Assembly: GCF_003367075.2 (NCBI RefSeq)
Contig: NZ_CP065936.1
Coordinates: 1,620,001-1,652,000, forward strand
Direction of reading: 5' to 3'
Length of the DNA: 32,000 nt
Source: Cylindrospermopsis raciborskii Cr2010
Lineage (GTDB): Bacteria > Cyanobacteriota > Cyanobacteriia > Cyanobacteriales > Nostocaceae
Part shown: piece by piece, positions 17,415 to 27,518 of the stretch
Position numbering within the stretch: the first letter of the stretch is position 1
Layout: each line of letters starts with the position of its first letter
The notes under the pieces: model-generated
What the model saw: the letters and a program-made list of their open reading frames with translations, nothing else
What the model was told of the DNA's origin: nothing
Database searches by the model: none
Made by a program: the position numbers and the translations under genes

Positions 17415-17832
17415 TCATAGACTGTTAGAAATTGCTAAAACTGGAAATGAGAAAACACTTTAACACCGCAGGTCCCTGTAAGCCCAACCTTCACTATATG
17501 CTCTCGTCTGTAGAGCGCATCCCCCAGATCAAAAACCTCATCGCTCAGGAAAACTACTTTGTGATCCATGCCCCCCGACAAGTGGGGAAAACCACCGCCA
17601 TGCTTACCCTCGCCCAAGATCTAACCAACAGTCAGGACAAGCATTACCTAATATTGTGGAAGATGACCTACGTTATGTTCTAGACTTAGGCTTATGCAAC
17701 CGCGATGCTAGGGGCGGAATTCAAATTGCTAATCCAATCTATCGAGAAGTAATTCCTAAGGTACTAGCCTCCATCACGATCGCTTCTTTAACCTCTGTTT
17801 ATCCCACATGGCTAGACTCCAATGGTAATTTA

Positions 17833-18880
17833 CAGCAATTTTCATGTAGTTAAACTACAAAATAAGATAAGCTATAATAAGGGTAATAAACTAAAATAGA
17901 GTAGAAGTACTGTCAAATTATATGCCAAAACCTTATTCAATAGATTTGCGTAATCGCGTGATTGTAGCATGGGTTGCTCAAGAGGGATCTCAACGCCAGT
18001 TGGCAGAAAGATTCAAGGTCAGCTTATCATTTGTGAGAAATTTAGTACGTCGTTATCGTGAAACTGGGCAAGTTGAGCCAAAGCAATGTGGAGGATATGA
18101 AAAGCCTGTAATTGCAGGCCAATATTTAAACATGATCAAGTCTTGGCTGGATGAGAAAAATGATTTACTACTTTCAGAATTGTGCGATCGCCTGAGAGAA
18201 ACGACGGGCACTAGTGTTAGTATCACAACCATGCATCGAGCCTTAGAAAAGTTGGGTCTACGTCATAAAAAAAAAGTCTAAATGCCAGTGAACAGGAGAC
18301 TCCACGTGTTCAAGAATTAAGGCATGATTATCGTCGTTGGGTAGATACAGTTGATATTAGAAATTTAGTGTTTTTAGATGAATCGGGGATAAATTTAGGG
18401 ATGTCAAGGTTGTTTGCCAGAAGCCAAGATGGACAAAGAGCAATTGGTAGCGTACCAGGAAACAAGGGCAAAAATATTTCTCTGATTGGGGCTTTAAATA
18501 TGGATGGAATTCTGGCAGCAATGACTGTAGAGGGAAGCACAAATACAGAAGTATTTCTCACTTATGTAAATCAGGTTTTAGTACCTCAATTATGGAAAGG
18601 GGCTATTGTTGTTATGGATAATTTAAAGGTTCATTATGCCGAGCGCGTGAGATTGTCAATTGAATCAGTCGGTGCAAAAGTTAAGTTTTTACCCCCCTAT
18701 TCTCCAGACTTATCTCCGATAGAATTGTGTTGGTCAAAATTAAAGCAATTTCTCCGTAGTCGGGAGGCACGAACATTAGAAGCCCTAAATGAGGCCATGA
18801 CAAGTGCAGTAAATTATATTACAGCAGAGGATGCGCTTAATTGGTTCAATCATTGTGGTTTATTTACATGAAAACTGCTG
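17833..18880 (+). mobile_element. IS630-family insertion sequence (1048 bp) with TIRs and TA target duplication
   Basis: Left TIR CAGCAATTTTCATGTAGTTAAACTACA (17833-17859), right TIR reverse complement CAGCAGTTTTCATGTAAATAAACCACA (18854-18880), 23/27 matching; TA at 17831-17832 and 18881-18882. Confidence 0.92.
17922..18871 (+). CDS. IS630-family transposase split over two ORFs (17922-18281 and frame continuing through 18368-18871), probably joined by -1 frameshift
   Basis: ORFA: MPKPYSIDLRNRVIVAWVAQEGSQRQLAERFKVSLSFVRNLVRRYRETGQVEP. ORFB: NLVFLDESGINLGMSRLFARSQDGQRA, IVVMDNLKVHYAE, LPPYSPDLSPIELCWSKLKQFLR (DDE-type). A9 tract at 18267-18275. Confidence 0.9.
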
Positions 18881-19687
18881 TAAGCCCACAGGCTTTATTA
18901 GATTCTTTCTTGGATTTTTGGCGGCAACACGGGGAACCATTGTTTAAAAGTACACCCTATCCAGAGATTGCGCCCCATATTGTACTAATGGCATTTTTGC
19001 ACCGTGTGGTCAATGGTGGCGGTACATTGGAAAGAGAATATGCGATCGGTTCGGGAAGAATGGATATTTGTTTGCGCTATGGTGAAATTACATTGGGAAT
19101 GGAGTTAAAGGTATGGCGCGAGGGAAGACCTGATCCATTAGTAGAAGGTTTGAAGCAATTGGATAAGTACCTATCAGGATTAAATCTGGATACGGGCTGG
19201 TTGGTAATTTTTGATCGCCGTCCGGATTTGCCACCAATAAGCGATCGCACCTTTACAGAAATTGCCCAGAGTCCAGATGGCAGAATGATTACGGTGATTC
19301 GGGGGTGATTTGTTAAAGAAGAGCGATCGCCCTATGGGAAACTCAGTATGGATGCGCCCTATCTGTTATCGAAACTGCGTTTGCACTCAAAGTTACCAAA
19401 ACTATCAACCCTCCAGCAATGTGACCGGTAATAATATTTTATACAAAAAAAAATCAAAAAAATCCCAAAATCACACATTCACGATACAATTTTTGGCGGT
19501 TAAAGTAGTAGTTGGTTAAAGTTCAGGGAAAACGCTAATTGCATAGCAATTATACCAATAATAAAATATTGTTCCTACCGCATCAGAGGGAAATTAATAT
19601 TTTTGGGTATGTGGAGCAAAAATCACAAAAAAACAGGAAAACCATCTGTCACTACAAAAAGGCCCAATTAATAAACTGCATGAGACT

Positions 19688-20410
19688 ATGGATAACCTCG
19701 CTACAAATATTCCCAAGATTATGGTTGTAGATGACGATTTCAGTGTCAGAAATCTTGTTCATCGGTTTTTAAGTCGAAAATATAAGACAGAAGCTGCTGC
19801 TGATGGTAAAAGTGCTATGGCATTGTTTGAGCAGTTTAATCCATCTCTGGTGATATTAGACTGGAACTTACCAGATGTAAATGGTTACAAACTTTGTCAG
19901 GATATGCAAAGTCGAACCAATGTCTTAGTTCTTATGCTCACCAGTCGTAATGATGAAACTGACAAAATTAAAGTCCTAGCTGGTGGTGCGGATGATTTTA
20001 TGACCAAACCATTTAGTCTAGCGGAGGTAGAAGTTAGAGTAGATGCTCTCCTAAGACGCATACGTTATATTCAACCCACTCAATCACAACGCCTTATTTT
20101 TAAACAGTTAGCAATCAACCCAGAAGGTCGGGAAGTCACACTCAACGATAAACCTTTGGCCTTAACTGCTTTAGAGTTTAATATTTTACATTTTTTGGCT
20201 TGTCACCCCGGACAAGCGTGGAGTCGTCCCCAGCTAATTCAAAAAATTTGGGGGTGTGACTATGTGGGTGATGGAAGGGTTGTTGATGTTCATATCGGTC
20301 AACTGCGTAAAAAAATGGAGGTTGATTCTAGCACTCCAGAGTTTATTAAAACAGTACGTGGTTATGGTTACAAGTTTGAATCTCCTGAACATAATAGAGT
20401 TTCAATTTGA
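19688..20410 (+). CDS. OmpR/PhoB-family response regulator
   Basis: 240 aa; KIMVVDDDFSVRNLVHRFL, LVILDWNLPDVNGY, MLTSRNDE, MTKPFSL; wHTH ALTALEFNILHFLACHPGQAWSRPQLIQKIWG...VDVHIGQLRKKM...TVRGYGYKFE. Confidence 0.94.
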   Translation: MDNLATNIPKIMVVDDDFSVRNLVHRFLSRKYKTEAAADGKSAMALFEQFNPSLVILDWNLPDVNGYKLCQDMQSRTNVLVLMLTSRNDETDKIKVLAGGADDFMTKPFSLAEVEVRVDALLRRIRYIQPTQSQRLIFKQLAINPEGREVTLNDKPLALTALEFNILHFLACHPGQAWSRPQLIQKIWGCDYVGDGRVVDVHIGQLRKKMEVDSSTPEFIKTVRGYGYKFESPEHNRVSI

Positions 20411-20463
20411 GGAATAATATATTTGTTATATATTATTCCCTAGGGATTTACCTAAGTAGTGTA

Positions 20464-21234
20464 ATGCAAATCACAGTTATGACTTTCAACCTCCGCTGCG
20501 ACAAACCAGATCCGGGTGAGAGGTGTTGGCAAAAACGTGTAGGGGCGATCGCCTGTATGATCCAACATTATCAACCTGAGTTATGGGGAACCCAGGAGGG
20601 TCAACCTCATCAACTTAGGGATTTACAGGTACTTTTACCAGACTATGAATTTGTGGGGGGCGATCGCACTGGAACAGGAAAAGGTGAACACTGCGCGATC
20701 TTCTATAAGAGGGGAAAGTTGCAGCTGAGGGAAACCCAGGATTTTTACCTGAGTGACACCCCAGAAATCCCCGGTAGTATTACTTGGGGAACTCGTTTAC
20801 CCAGAATGGTCACTTGGGCCAATTTTATTGCGGAGGATTTAGGTTTTTCTCTGACTATCATGAATACTCATTTAGATCATGAGGTTAGTAGAGCTAGGGA
20901 GTTGGGTGCGGGTTTAGTGAGTTTGCGCTTAATGAATTTTCCCAGGGAAGACTATTTATTGTTAACAGGGGATTTTAACGCTGGTCCTAGAAGTTTGGAA
21001 AGAATTATTCTCGCTGATAATTATAGAATTAAAGATGCTCTGGGCAATCTTCCTGTAGAATCACAAAAAACCTTCCACGACTTTACAGGTCAAGCTTGGG
21101 ATCCTAGAGATACAATATATTGCGATCGCCGTTGGCAAATTAATCAGGTCATTATTGACGATCAGCAATGGGAGGGTATATGGCCATCGGATCATTTTCC
21201 GGTAATTGTCAAATTAGGTCTTACTGGAGGCTAA
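20464..21234 (+). CDS. Endonuclease/exonuclease/phosphatase family protein
   Basis: Start at MQITVMTFNLRCDKPDPG; QPELWGTQEG, SLTIMNTHLDHEV, LLTGDFNAGP, WPSDHFPVIVKL motifs. Confidence 0.9.
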   Translation: MQITVMTFNLRCDKPDPGERCWQKRVGAIACMIQHYQPELWGTQEGQPHQLRDLQVLLPDYEFVGGDRTGTGKGEHCAIFYKRGKLQLRETQDFYLSDTPEIPGSITWGTRLPRMVTWANFIAEDLGFSLTIMNTHLDHEVSRARELGAGLVSLRLMNFPREDYLLLTGDFNAGPRSLERIILADNYRIKDALGNLPVESQKTFHDFTGQAWDPRDTIYCDRRWQINQVIIDDQQWEGIWPSDHFPVIVKLGLTGG

Positions 21235-21250
21235 AAGCCGAAAACCCTGC

Positions 21251-21290
21251 ATAGCCCTAGATAGAGCGCTATAGCGTTCACTAGGGCTAT
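21251..21290. terminator. Bidirectional terminator hairpin between convergent genes
   Basis: ATAGCCCTAG (21251-21260) pairs perfectly with CTAGGGCTAT (21281-21290); the 20-nt interior also has partial dyad symmetry (GAGCGCTATAGCGTTC); followed by AAAA. Confidence 0.75.
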
Positions 21291-21300
21291 AAAATGTAAC

Positions 21301-21918
21301 TTACAGTAAATAAAGTAATCCAAATAAAACAATCCAGATCACGTCTACAAAGTGCCAATACAATTCCGCGGCTTCTACACCAAAATGGCTTTGACTATTA
21401 TAGTGTCCAGAATGACGAGATCGCCACAAAACGGACAAAATTAGCAAGACTCCCAAGGTAACATGCAAACCGTGGAAACCAGTCAAGACGTAGAATGCAC
21501 TGGCAAAAAGATTGGTGGTTAGACCAAATTCCAAATGGGTATACTCATAAACTTGACCAAACAGAAAAATTATTCCCATGGCAGCAGTAATAGCCAACCA
21601 TATACGCATACCTTTTTCATCATTTTTTTTAATTGCTGTATCAGCGTTGTGCATAACAAAACTGCTAGCAATCAAATTTATAGTGTTCACACCTGGTAAT
21701 AATAGTTCTAATTCAGGTGTACCTTCTGGTGGCCATATAGATAAGGTAGAGCGGAAAGCTAGATAAGCTCCAAACATACCCATAAAAATCATCCCCTCAG
21801 CAATGAGAAAGACAACCAGACCAAACAAACGATAATCCGGGTGTGCTTCATGATGACCATCCACATGAAGCTGATGATTTGGTGTAAGTTCAGCAGTGTC
21901 CACAATTTGACTTTGCAT
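21301..21918 (-). CDS. ctaE: Cytochrome c oxidase subunit III
   Basis: 205 aa; FGLVVFLIAEGMIFMGMFGAYLAFR, GFHGLHVTLGVLLILSVLWR, VEAAELYWHFVDVIWIVLFGLLYL. Confidence 0.96.
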   Translation of the reverse strand: MQSQIVDTAELTPNHQLHVDGHHEAHPDYRLFGLVVFLIAEGMIFMGMFGAYLAFRSTLSIWPPEGTPELELLLPGVNTINLIASSFVMHNADTAIKKNDEKGMRIWLAITAAMGIIFLFGQVYEYTHLEFGLTTNLFASAFYVLTGFHGLHVTLGVLLILSVLWRSRHSGHYNSQSHFGVEAAELYWHFVDVIWIVLFGLLYLL

Positions 21919-21998
21919 AAATTTTGACGGTACTAAATTGGTAATTGCTAGTTAATTCCCCCTTTCCCCTACAATTGCTGCAAAATTTAGGTTTCGTT

Positions 21999-23618
21999 TT
22001 ATTTCACGCCGTAATCATAGGGACCTGTGGTTAAAACGGGTAGTTTTTCAAAGTTTTCAATTTCTGGTGGGGAGGTGGTCATCCACTCTAAAGTCAGACC
22101 ACGCCAAGGGTTATTACTAGCTTTGGGCCCGTATAACCAACTCCATACAGCATTGATAATAAAGGGTAAAGTGGAAACAGCTAGAATATAAGCCCCGTAT
22201 GTACATATTTCATTTAAGGTGGTGAATTTTGGGTCATATTGGGCAATACGACGGTTCATACCCATTAGTCCTAATTTGTGCATGGGCAAAAAGGACATAT
22301 TTAACCCAACAATAGTTAAAGCAAAGTGAACCTTACCCCAAAACTCATTCATCATTCTCCCTGTCATTTTGGGAAACCAATGATAAATAGCGGCAAAAAT
22401 CCCCAACACACTACCACCAAACAGTACATAGTGCAAATGGGCAACTACAAAGTAGGTGTCATGAACGTGAATGTCAAAAGGGACAGAAGCTAACATTACG
22501 CCGCTGACACCACCAATGACGAAAGTACCCACAAAACCAATAGCAAATAACATGGGAGTATTTAATTCCACTTTGCCTCCCCAGATGGTTGCTAACCAAC
22601 TAAAGATTTTGATCCCCGTGGGCACGGCGATGATCATAGTCGTGATCATAAAAAACATCCGTAACCAACCAGGAATACCACTGGTAAACATGTGGTGGGC
22701 CCAAACAATTAAACCCAAAAAACTAATCGCTAGAGAAGAATAGGCGATCGCCTTATAACCAAAAATGGGTTTGCGAGCATGAACTGGTATAATTTCTGAA
22801 ATTGCGCCAAAGAATGGCAGAATCATAATATACACCGCTGGGTGGGAGTAGAACCAAAACATGTGTTGGTAAACTACGGGGTCACCACCACCAGTGGGAT
22901 TAAAAAAGGTAGTTCCTGCTAACAAATCAAAAGCTAGTAGAATCAAGGCTCCTGCCAAAACAGGTGTAGATAATAAAACTAGAGCAGAAGTTGCCAACAT
23001 AGCCCAGCAAAACAGGGGCATTTTATGAATCCCCATGCTAGGAACACGCATTTTCAGCATGGTGACCAAAAAATTAATTGCTCCTAAAATTGAGGATGTA
23101 CCTAGTAACAGAATGCTCATAATCCAAATGGCTTCACCCACCTCACCGGTCATTAAACTCAGGGGAGGATAGGAGGTCCAACCAGCATCTGGAGCATCAC
23201 CCACCACTAGGCTAGCAACTAATAATATACCTGAAGGAGGAATCATCCAGAAAGCCACCGCATTCAAGCGGGGAAAAGCCATATCCCTAGCTCCAATCAT
23301 CAAAGGAATCAGATAATTAGCAAAACCCGCTCCCGCTGGAACTATCCAGAGGAAAATCATGATTGTGGCATGGAGAGTAAACAGACTGTTATAAACTTCT
23401 GGTGTAACAAAATCTACTTCTGGAGTCCGTAATTCTGTCCGGACTAAATCTGCCATGACACCACCAATACAGTAAAAAATAAACGATGTCACTAGATATT
23501 GAATCCCGATTACCTTGTGGTCGGTATTAAAAGTAAAAAATTCCCACCACTTTCTTCCCCCCAATTCTTCATGGGGTATGGCTAGGTGAGAAGTGTCTTG
23601 TAATTGAGCTTGTGTCAT
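21999..23618 (-). CDS. ctaD: Cytochrome c oxidase subunit I
   Basis: 539 aa; FNTDHKVIGIQYL, SLFTLHATIMIF, QHMFWFYSHPAVYIMILPFFGAISEI, VHDTYFVVAHLHYVLFGG. Confidence 0.98.
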   Translation of the reverse strand: MTQAQLQDTSHLAIPHEELGGRKWWEFFTFNTDHKVIGIQYLVTSFIFYCIGGVMADLVRTELRTPEVDFVTPEVYNSLFTLHATIMIFLWIVPAGAGFANYLIPLMIGARDMAFPRLNAVAFWMIPPSGILLVASLVVGDAPDAGWTSYPPLSLMTGEVGEAIWIMSILLLGTSSILGAINFLVTMLKMRVPSMGIHKMPLFCWAMLATSALVLLSTPVLAGALILLAFDLLAGTTFFNPTGGGDPVVYQHMFWFYSHPAVYIMILPFFGAISEIIPVHARKPIFGYKAIAYSSLAISFLGLIVWAHHMFTSGIPGWLRMFFMITTMIIAVPTGIKIFSWLATIWGGKVELNTPMLFAIGFVGTFVIGGVSGVMLASVPFDIHVHDTYFVVAHLHYVLFGGSVLGIFAAIYHWFPKMTGRMMNEFWGKVHFALTIVGLNMSFLPMHKLGLMGMNRRIAQYDPKFTTLNEICTYGAYILAVSTLPFIINAVWSWLYGPKASNNPWRGLTLEWMTTSPPEIENFEKLPVLTTGPYDYGVK

Positions 23619-23692
23619 AGTTATAGGGGCTTTCCATTTAGGAAGTTCAAAAGGTGTTTTCTCCCGATATATTTAAGCCATATCTTTACCAG

Positions 23693-24697
23693 CTATGACT
23701 TTGAGAAAGATTCTAAAAGTACCTTTCCTATTCCTAAGCTTTCTGGGTGAATATGCATCTTTTGCATATAGGGGGACAGAAATTCATCAGCTGACATAGC
23801 GGAGGGATTCACGGCGATCGCCTGATTAATAGTTTCTTTTTCCGCCATTAACTGTTCCTGAACCCAGGTATCAAAGGCTTGTTTTGACTCTACTACGATT
23901 TGAGTTTGCATAGCGCCATGGTAGGGGCCACATAATTCTGCACAAACCACAGTATAGGTTCCCTCTTTTCTGGGAGTGAAGCGGACTCGAGTTTCCCTAC
24001 CGGGGATTACATCTTGTTTCAGACGAAATTCTGGAACCCAAAAGGCGTGAATTACATCATTAGCTGTCATCTTCATCTGTACTTGTTGACCCACAGGGAC
24101 GTGAATTTCACCTGTGGTTATCCCCGCATCTGGATAGGTGAATATCCAAGCGTATTGTAAAGCTGAGACTTCAACCACTAGTGGTTCCGCTTCATTGGAT
24201 GTATTTTCTGCCTGGGCAATTTCCATGGAAGTGGGGGAATTTTGGCTATTTACTGGCTTGTCACTGAGAGTAGCCGCAATAGCAGTACCCGGCATAACCT
24301 TAGCTTCCTCCATGATGGGAGCATTATGGCCTCCATGAGGATCTAATCCCCCAATTTGATTGTATACATCAAAACTGTATACAGAAATGCCCAGGACTAT
24401 CACTGCTGGAATTGCTGTCCAAAGTATTTCCAGAGGAATGTTACCTTCAATAGCTGGACCGTCTTCGTTATCACCCGCACGCCGACGGTATTTAAATACT
24501 GAGTAGATTAAAATACCTTCGACCAAGAGAAATATCCCTATAGAGACAGTTAACATCGCATCAAACAGACCGTCTATTAATACAGCTTCATCTGCTGCTG
24601 CTGTGGGTAACAGCCCATGATTTTGACCGTACCAGAGACTAGTTAAGGTGAGAGCGATGCCAATGAGTAATGTCCAGATGGAATTTGGAATTTTCAC
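23693..24697 (-). CDS. ctaC: Cytochrome c oxidase subunit II
   Basis: 334 aa; two N-terminal TMs, EILWTAIPAVIV, IHAFWVPEFRLKQDVIPGRETRVRFTPRKEGTYTVVCAELCGPYHGAMQTQ (CuA ligands). Confidence 0.97.
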   Translation of the reverse strand: MKIPNSIWTLLIGIALTLTSLWYGQNHGLLPTAAADEAVLIDGLFDAMLTVSIGIFLLVEGILIYSVFKYRRRAGDNEDGPAIEGNIPLEILWTAIPAVIVLGISVYSFDVYNQIGGLDPHGGHNAPIMEEAKVMPGTAIAATLSDKPVNSQNSPTSMEIAQAENTSNEAEPLVVEVSALQYAWIFTYPDAGITTGEIHVPVGQQVQMKMTANDVIHAFWVPEFRLKQDVIPGRETRVRFTPRKEGTYTVVCAELCGPYHGAMQTQIVVESKQAFDTWVQEQLMAEKETINQAIAVNPSAMSADEFLSPYMQKMHIHPESLGIGKVLLESFSKS

Positions 24698-25089
24698 GGC
24701 TTATTTGAGGTTTTACTTGATTGAATTTATTTAGTAACCCATATACCAAGGTAGTGCAGCTGTGAGAAGATTGGGTCGCGATGTCTAAAATTTTTGTTAA
24801 GTTTTTCTCATGTTGCTTCTAGTAGCATTATGGCAACATAAGGTGCTATTTTTTGGGCAAATTGGCTAATTTATCCCCACTTGGTCTCTAATCCGCAAAA
24901 ATTGAGCCAAAAGTTGGCAAATTTGTCAACAACTAATTATCGGTATCTTAAAAAATGCCTAAATCTTACAGTCAAGATAGCCCTGGAGGATTCAAATTAT
25001 AAAGGAAAGCCCATCTGGCAATCTTGACCCATAGGTTAAGGTGTAGGTATGTGTCTTTTTCATTCTCTAGAGTGGATCGGGTATCGTTC

Positions 25090-26013
25090 ATGAGTGAATT
25101 TGTCCTAGAACAACAAAATCAGGAGGCGAATCATCCCCAGGAACTTATTCGGCGCCTGGTTTGGAAAATTTGTATAGCCACTTTGATTTTGATGGCTATA
25201 GGTAGTGCTACTCGCGTAATGAATGCTGGTTTGGCTTGTCCAGACTGGCCCTTATGTTATGGCGAATTAGTGCCGACTAAACAAATGAATCTTCAAGTCT
25301 TCTTGGAGTGGTTCCATAGATTAGATGCTGCTTTAATTGGGTTAAGTGCGATCGCCTTGACAGGTTTATGTTGGTGGTATCGTCGTGTTTTACCTCTATG
25401 GTTACCAGGAGCTGCTACTTTTGCTCTGTTATTAATCGTATTTCAGGGAGTTTTGGGCGGACTGACTGTGACTGAATTGTTGCGGTTTGATATTGTAACT
25501 GCCCATTTAGCAACCGCACTCTTATTTTTCACTACTCTATTAGTCATTGGTACATTCCTTAGTCCTTACAAAGGAACAGGCGCTGTAGGCAAACTTCCTT
25601 GGGTGGGTTTAACAGCTGCAGTTTTGGTCTATCTACAAAGTCTTTTAGGTGCTTTGGTAGGTTCTCGTTGGGCATTACATCAATGTCTAGCAGGGGAAGA
25701 GTTGTGTGGTGTTATGTATAGCCATATTTTTGGTTTATTACCCCCCACGGTAGCAACTTTGGCCATGGTCTTTATTTCCTGGCGTACCCCAGCATTACAT
25801 CCCGCTTTGCGAAAATTGGCTAATCTAGCAGGTGGGTTGTTAATTTTACAATTGCTGTTGGGTTTCGCCACCTTCCGATTACATTTACAAGTTGAACCTC
25901 TCACCGTAACCCACCAAGCAGTCGGAGCAACTTTGCTAGGCACTCTAGTAGTTTTTACGGTTCTGGCTTTACGAGACAGAAGTATTAGTAACCCTAGTTA
26001 CCTAAATAACTAG
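25090..26013 (+). CDS. ctaA: Heme A synthase (COX15/CtaA-like)
   Basis: Start at [11 protein letters not shown]; [77 protein letters not shown]; directly upstream of ctaB. Confidence 0.93.
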   Translation: MSEFVLEQQNQEANHPQELIRRLVWKICIATLILMAIGSATRVMNAGLACPDWPLCYGELVPTKQMNLQVFLEWFHRLDAALIGLSAIALTGLCWWYRRVLPLWLPGAATFALLLIVFQGVLGGLTVTELLRFDIVTAHLATALLFFTTLLVIGTFLSPYKGTGAVGKLPWVGLTAAVLVYLQSLLGALVGSRWALHQCLAGEELCGVMYSHIFGLLPPTVATLAMVFISWRTPALHPALRKLANLAGGLLILQLLLGFATFRLHLQVEPLTVTHQAVGATLLGTLVVFTVLALRDRSISNPSYLNN

Positions 26014-26039
26014 TAATTGATAAAGGAAGTATAACCAAC

Positions 26040-26993
26040 ATGATTGAGACTAATGTCTCTCGTCACCATGATTCATTTTTGCAAGTGATTCACAGCTACT
26101 ATCAGTTAACTAAGCCTCGGATTATTCCGCTGCTTTTGATTACTACTTCTGGTAGTATGTGGATCGCCGCTAAAGGACAAGTTGACCCTTGGCTATTATT
26201 AGTGACTCTTTTGGGTGGAACCCTAGCAGCAGCTAGCGCCCAAACCATTAACTGTATCTATGACCGGGATATAGATTATGAAATGGAAAGGACACGTCAC
26301 CGCCCTATGCCCTCTGGTAAGGTGCAATCTAGGGATGCTTTAGTTTTTGCGATCGCCCTAGCTATAGCCTCCTTTACCCTATTAACTGTTTTTGCCAATC
26401 TACTGGCTGCACTTTTAGCATTTTCTGGTATTGTTTTTTATGTTTTAGTCTACACCCACTGGCTAAAACGCCATAGCACTCAAAACATTGTTATTGGGGG
26501 TGCAGCTGGTGCCATTCCCGCTTTAGTAGGTTGGGCAGCAGTTACAGATACCTTGAGTTGGGCAGCTTGGTTACTTTTTGCTATTGTATTTTTATGGACA
26601 CCCCCCCACTTCTGGGCTTTGGCCATGATGATTCGGGATGACTACGCAAAAGTTGGGATTCCTATGTTACCCGTTGTCGCTGGTAATCAAGCCACCGTCC
26701 GACAGATTTGGTTTTATACGGTAATTACTGTGACCTCTACGGTATTGTTGTTTTATCCCTTACATGCTAGTGGGATTGTTTATGTGGTAATAGCCATGAC
26801 CTTGGGTGGAATCTTTCTTCACAAATCCTGGCGATTATTGCAAAATCCAGAAGATAAAACTATTGCTAAAGAGTTGTTTTTGTACTCTATTTCTTACATG
26901 ATGCTATTGTGTTTAGGAATGGTAATTGATAGTTTACCCTTTACCCATTATTTGGTGAGTACAATCCTCCACACTTTCCATTTGGTCGGTTAG
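26040..26993 (+). CDS. ctaB: Protoheme IX farnesyltransferase (heme O synthase)
   Basis: 317 aa; [83 protein letters not shown]. Confidence 0.97.
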   Translation: MIETNVSRHHDSFLQVIHSYYQLTKPRIIPLLLITTSGSMWIAAKGQVDPWLLLVTLLGGTLAAASAQTINCIYDRDIDYEMERTRHRPMPSGKVQSRDALVFAIALAIASFTLLTVFANLLAALLAFSGIVFYVLVYTHWLKRHSTQNIVIGGAAGAIPALVGWAAVTDTLSWAAWLLFAIVFLWTPPHFWALAMMIRDDYAKVGIPMLPVVAGNQATVRQIWFYTVITVTSTVLLFYPLHASGIVYVVIAMTLGGIFLHKSWRLLQNPEDKTIAKELFLYSISYMMLLCLGMVIDSLPFTHYLVSTILHTFHLVG

Positions 26994-27012
26994 GAACTTT
27001 CCACAAACAAAC

Positions 27013-27043
27013 AAAAAGCGATCGTCTGGCGCGATCGCTTTTT
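27013..27043 (+). terminator. Rho-independent-like terminator after ctaB
   Basis: AAAAAGCGATCG (27013-27024) TCTGGCG CGATCGCTTTTT (27032-27043): perfect 12-bp stem, 7-nt loop, T5 tract. Confidence 0.88.
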
Positions 27044-27180
27044 AAGGACTCCAAAAGCTCTATAATCACAAGTATGAAAAAATGGACACTACAAAACTGA
27101 ACGAAAGAAACATTTAATGATTACACTTTACATAGAAAGTAATTTTTTTATTGATTTTGCCAAAAAACAAGATCAAGATA

Positions 27181-27307
27181 TTTATATATATCCCGTTGGT
27201 TTGTTGGGTTTCGTTCCTCAACCCAACCTACGATTACCCACGACAAAACTAGTCGGTTTAAAATCGACTTGAGCTTTGAGACCGGTCTCCCCCACAGACA
27301 GTCTCCA
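27181..27307. repeat. Intergenic repeat copy 1 with two hairpins
   Basis: TTTATATATATCCCGTTGGTTTGTTGGGTTTCGTTCCTCAACCCAACCTACGATTACCCACGACAAAACTAGTCGGTTTAAAATCGACTTGAGCTTTGAGACCGGTCTCCCCCACAGACAGTCTCC. Confidence 0.9.
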
Positions 27308-27378
27308 GGTAGGGGTTAATTTAAACAATTATGGTTAATCCCCTGGGGATCTCCTGTATGGAGTGCTTAGCAATCGCA

Positions 27379-27518
27379 TTTATATATATGCCGTTGGTTT
27401 GTTGGGTTTCGTTCCTCAACCCAACCTACGATTACCCACGACAAAACCAGTCGGTTTTAAACCGACTTGCGCTTTGAGACCTGGAATTGATTCCCGGTCT
27501 CCCCCACAGACAGTCTCC
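27379..27518. repeat. Intergenic repeat copy 2 with two hairpins and a ~14-bp insertion
   Basis: Same sequence as copy 1 with CTGGAATTGATTCC inserted after GCTTTGAGAC; ends immediately before the stop codon complement of the PP2C gene. Confidence 0.9.

Larger units (their letters stand above)
17447..19308 (+). pseudogene. Decayed AAA ATPase / PD-(D/E)XK nuclease-like gene, internally deleted and interrupted by an IS630-type element
   Basis: N-term MRKHFNTAGPCKPNLHYMLSSVERIPQIKNLIAQENYFVIHAPRQVGKTTAMLTLAQDL (Walker A), frameshifted junction into LRYVLDLGLCNRDARGGIQIANPIYREVIPKVL, IS insertion, then SPQALLDSFLDFWRQHGEPLF...LHRVVNGGGTLEREYAIGSGRMDICLRYGEITLGMELKVW. Confidence 0.88.

Noticed and set aside
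17432-19308. Candidate defence system from AAA ATPase plus PD-(D/E)XK nuclease fragments near a transposase
   Set aside because: The parts are one decayed single-gene family member split by deletion and IS insertion, not separate cooperating genes.
21301-26993. Cytochrome oxidase and heme A/O biosynthesis cluster as unusual
   Set aside because: Gene content and divergent arrangement match the ordinary cyanobacterial cta loci.
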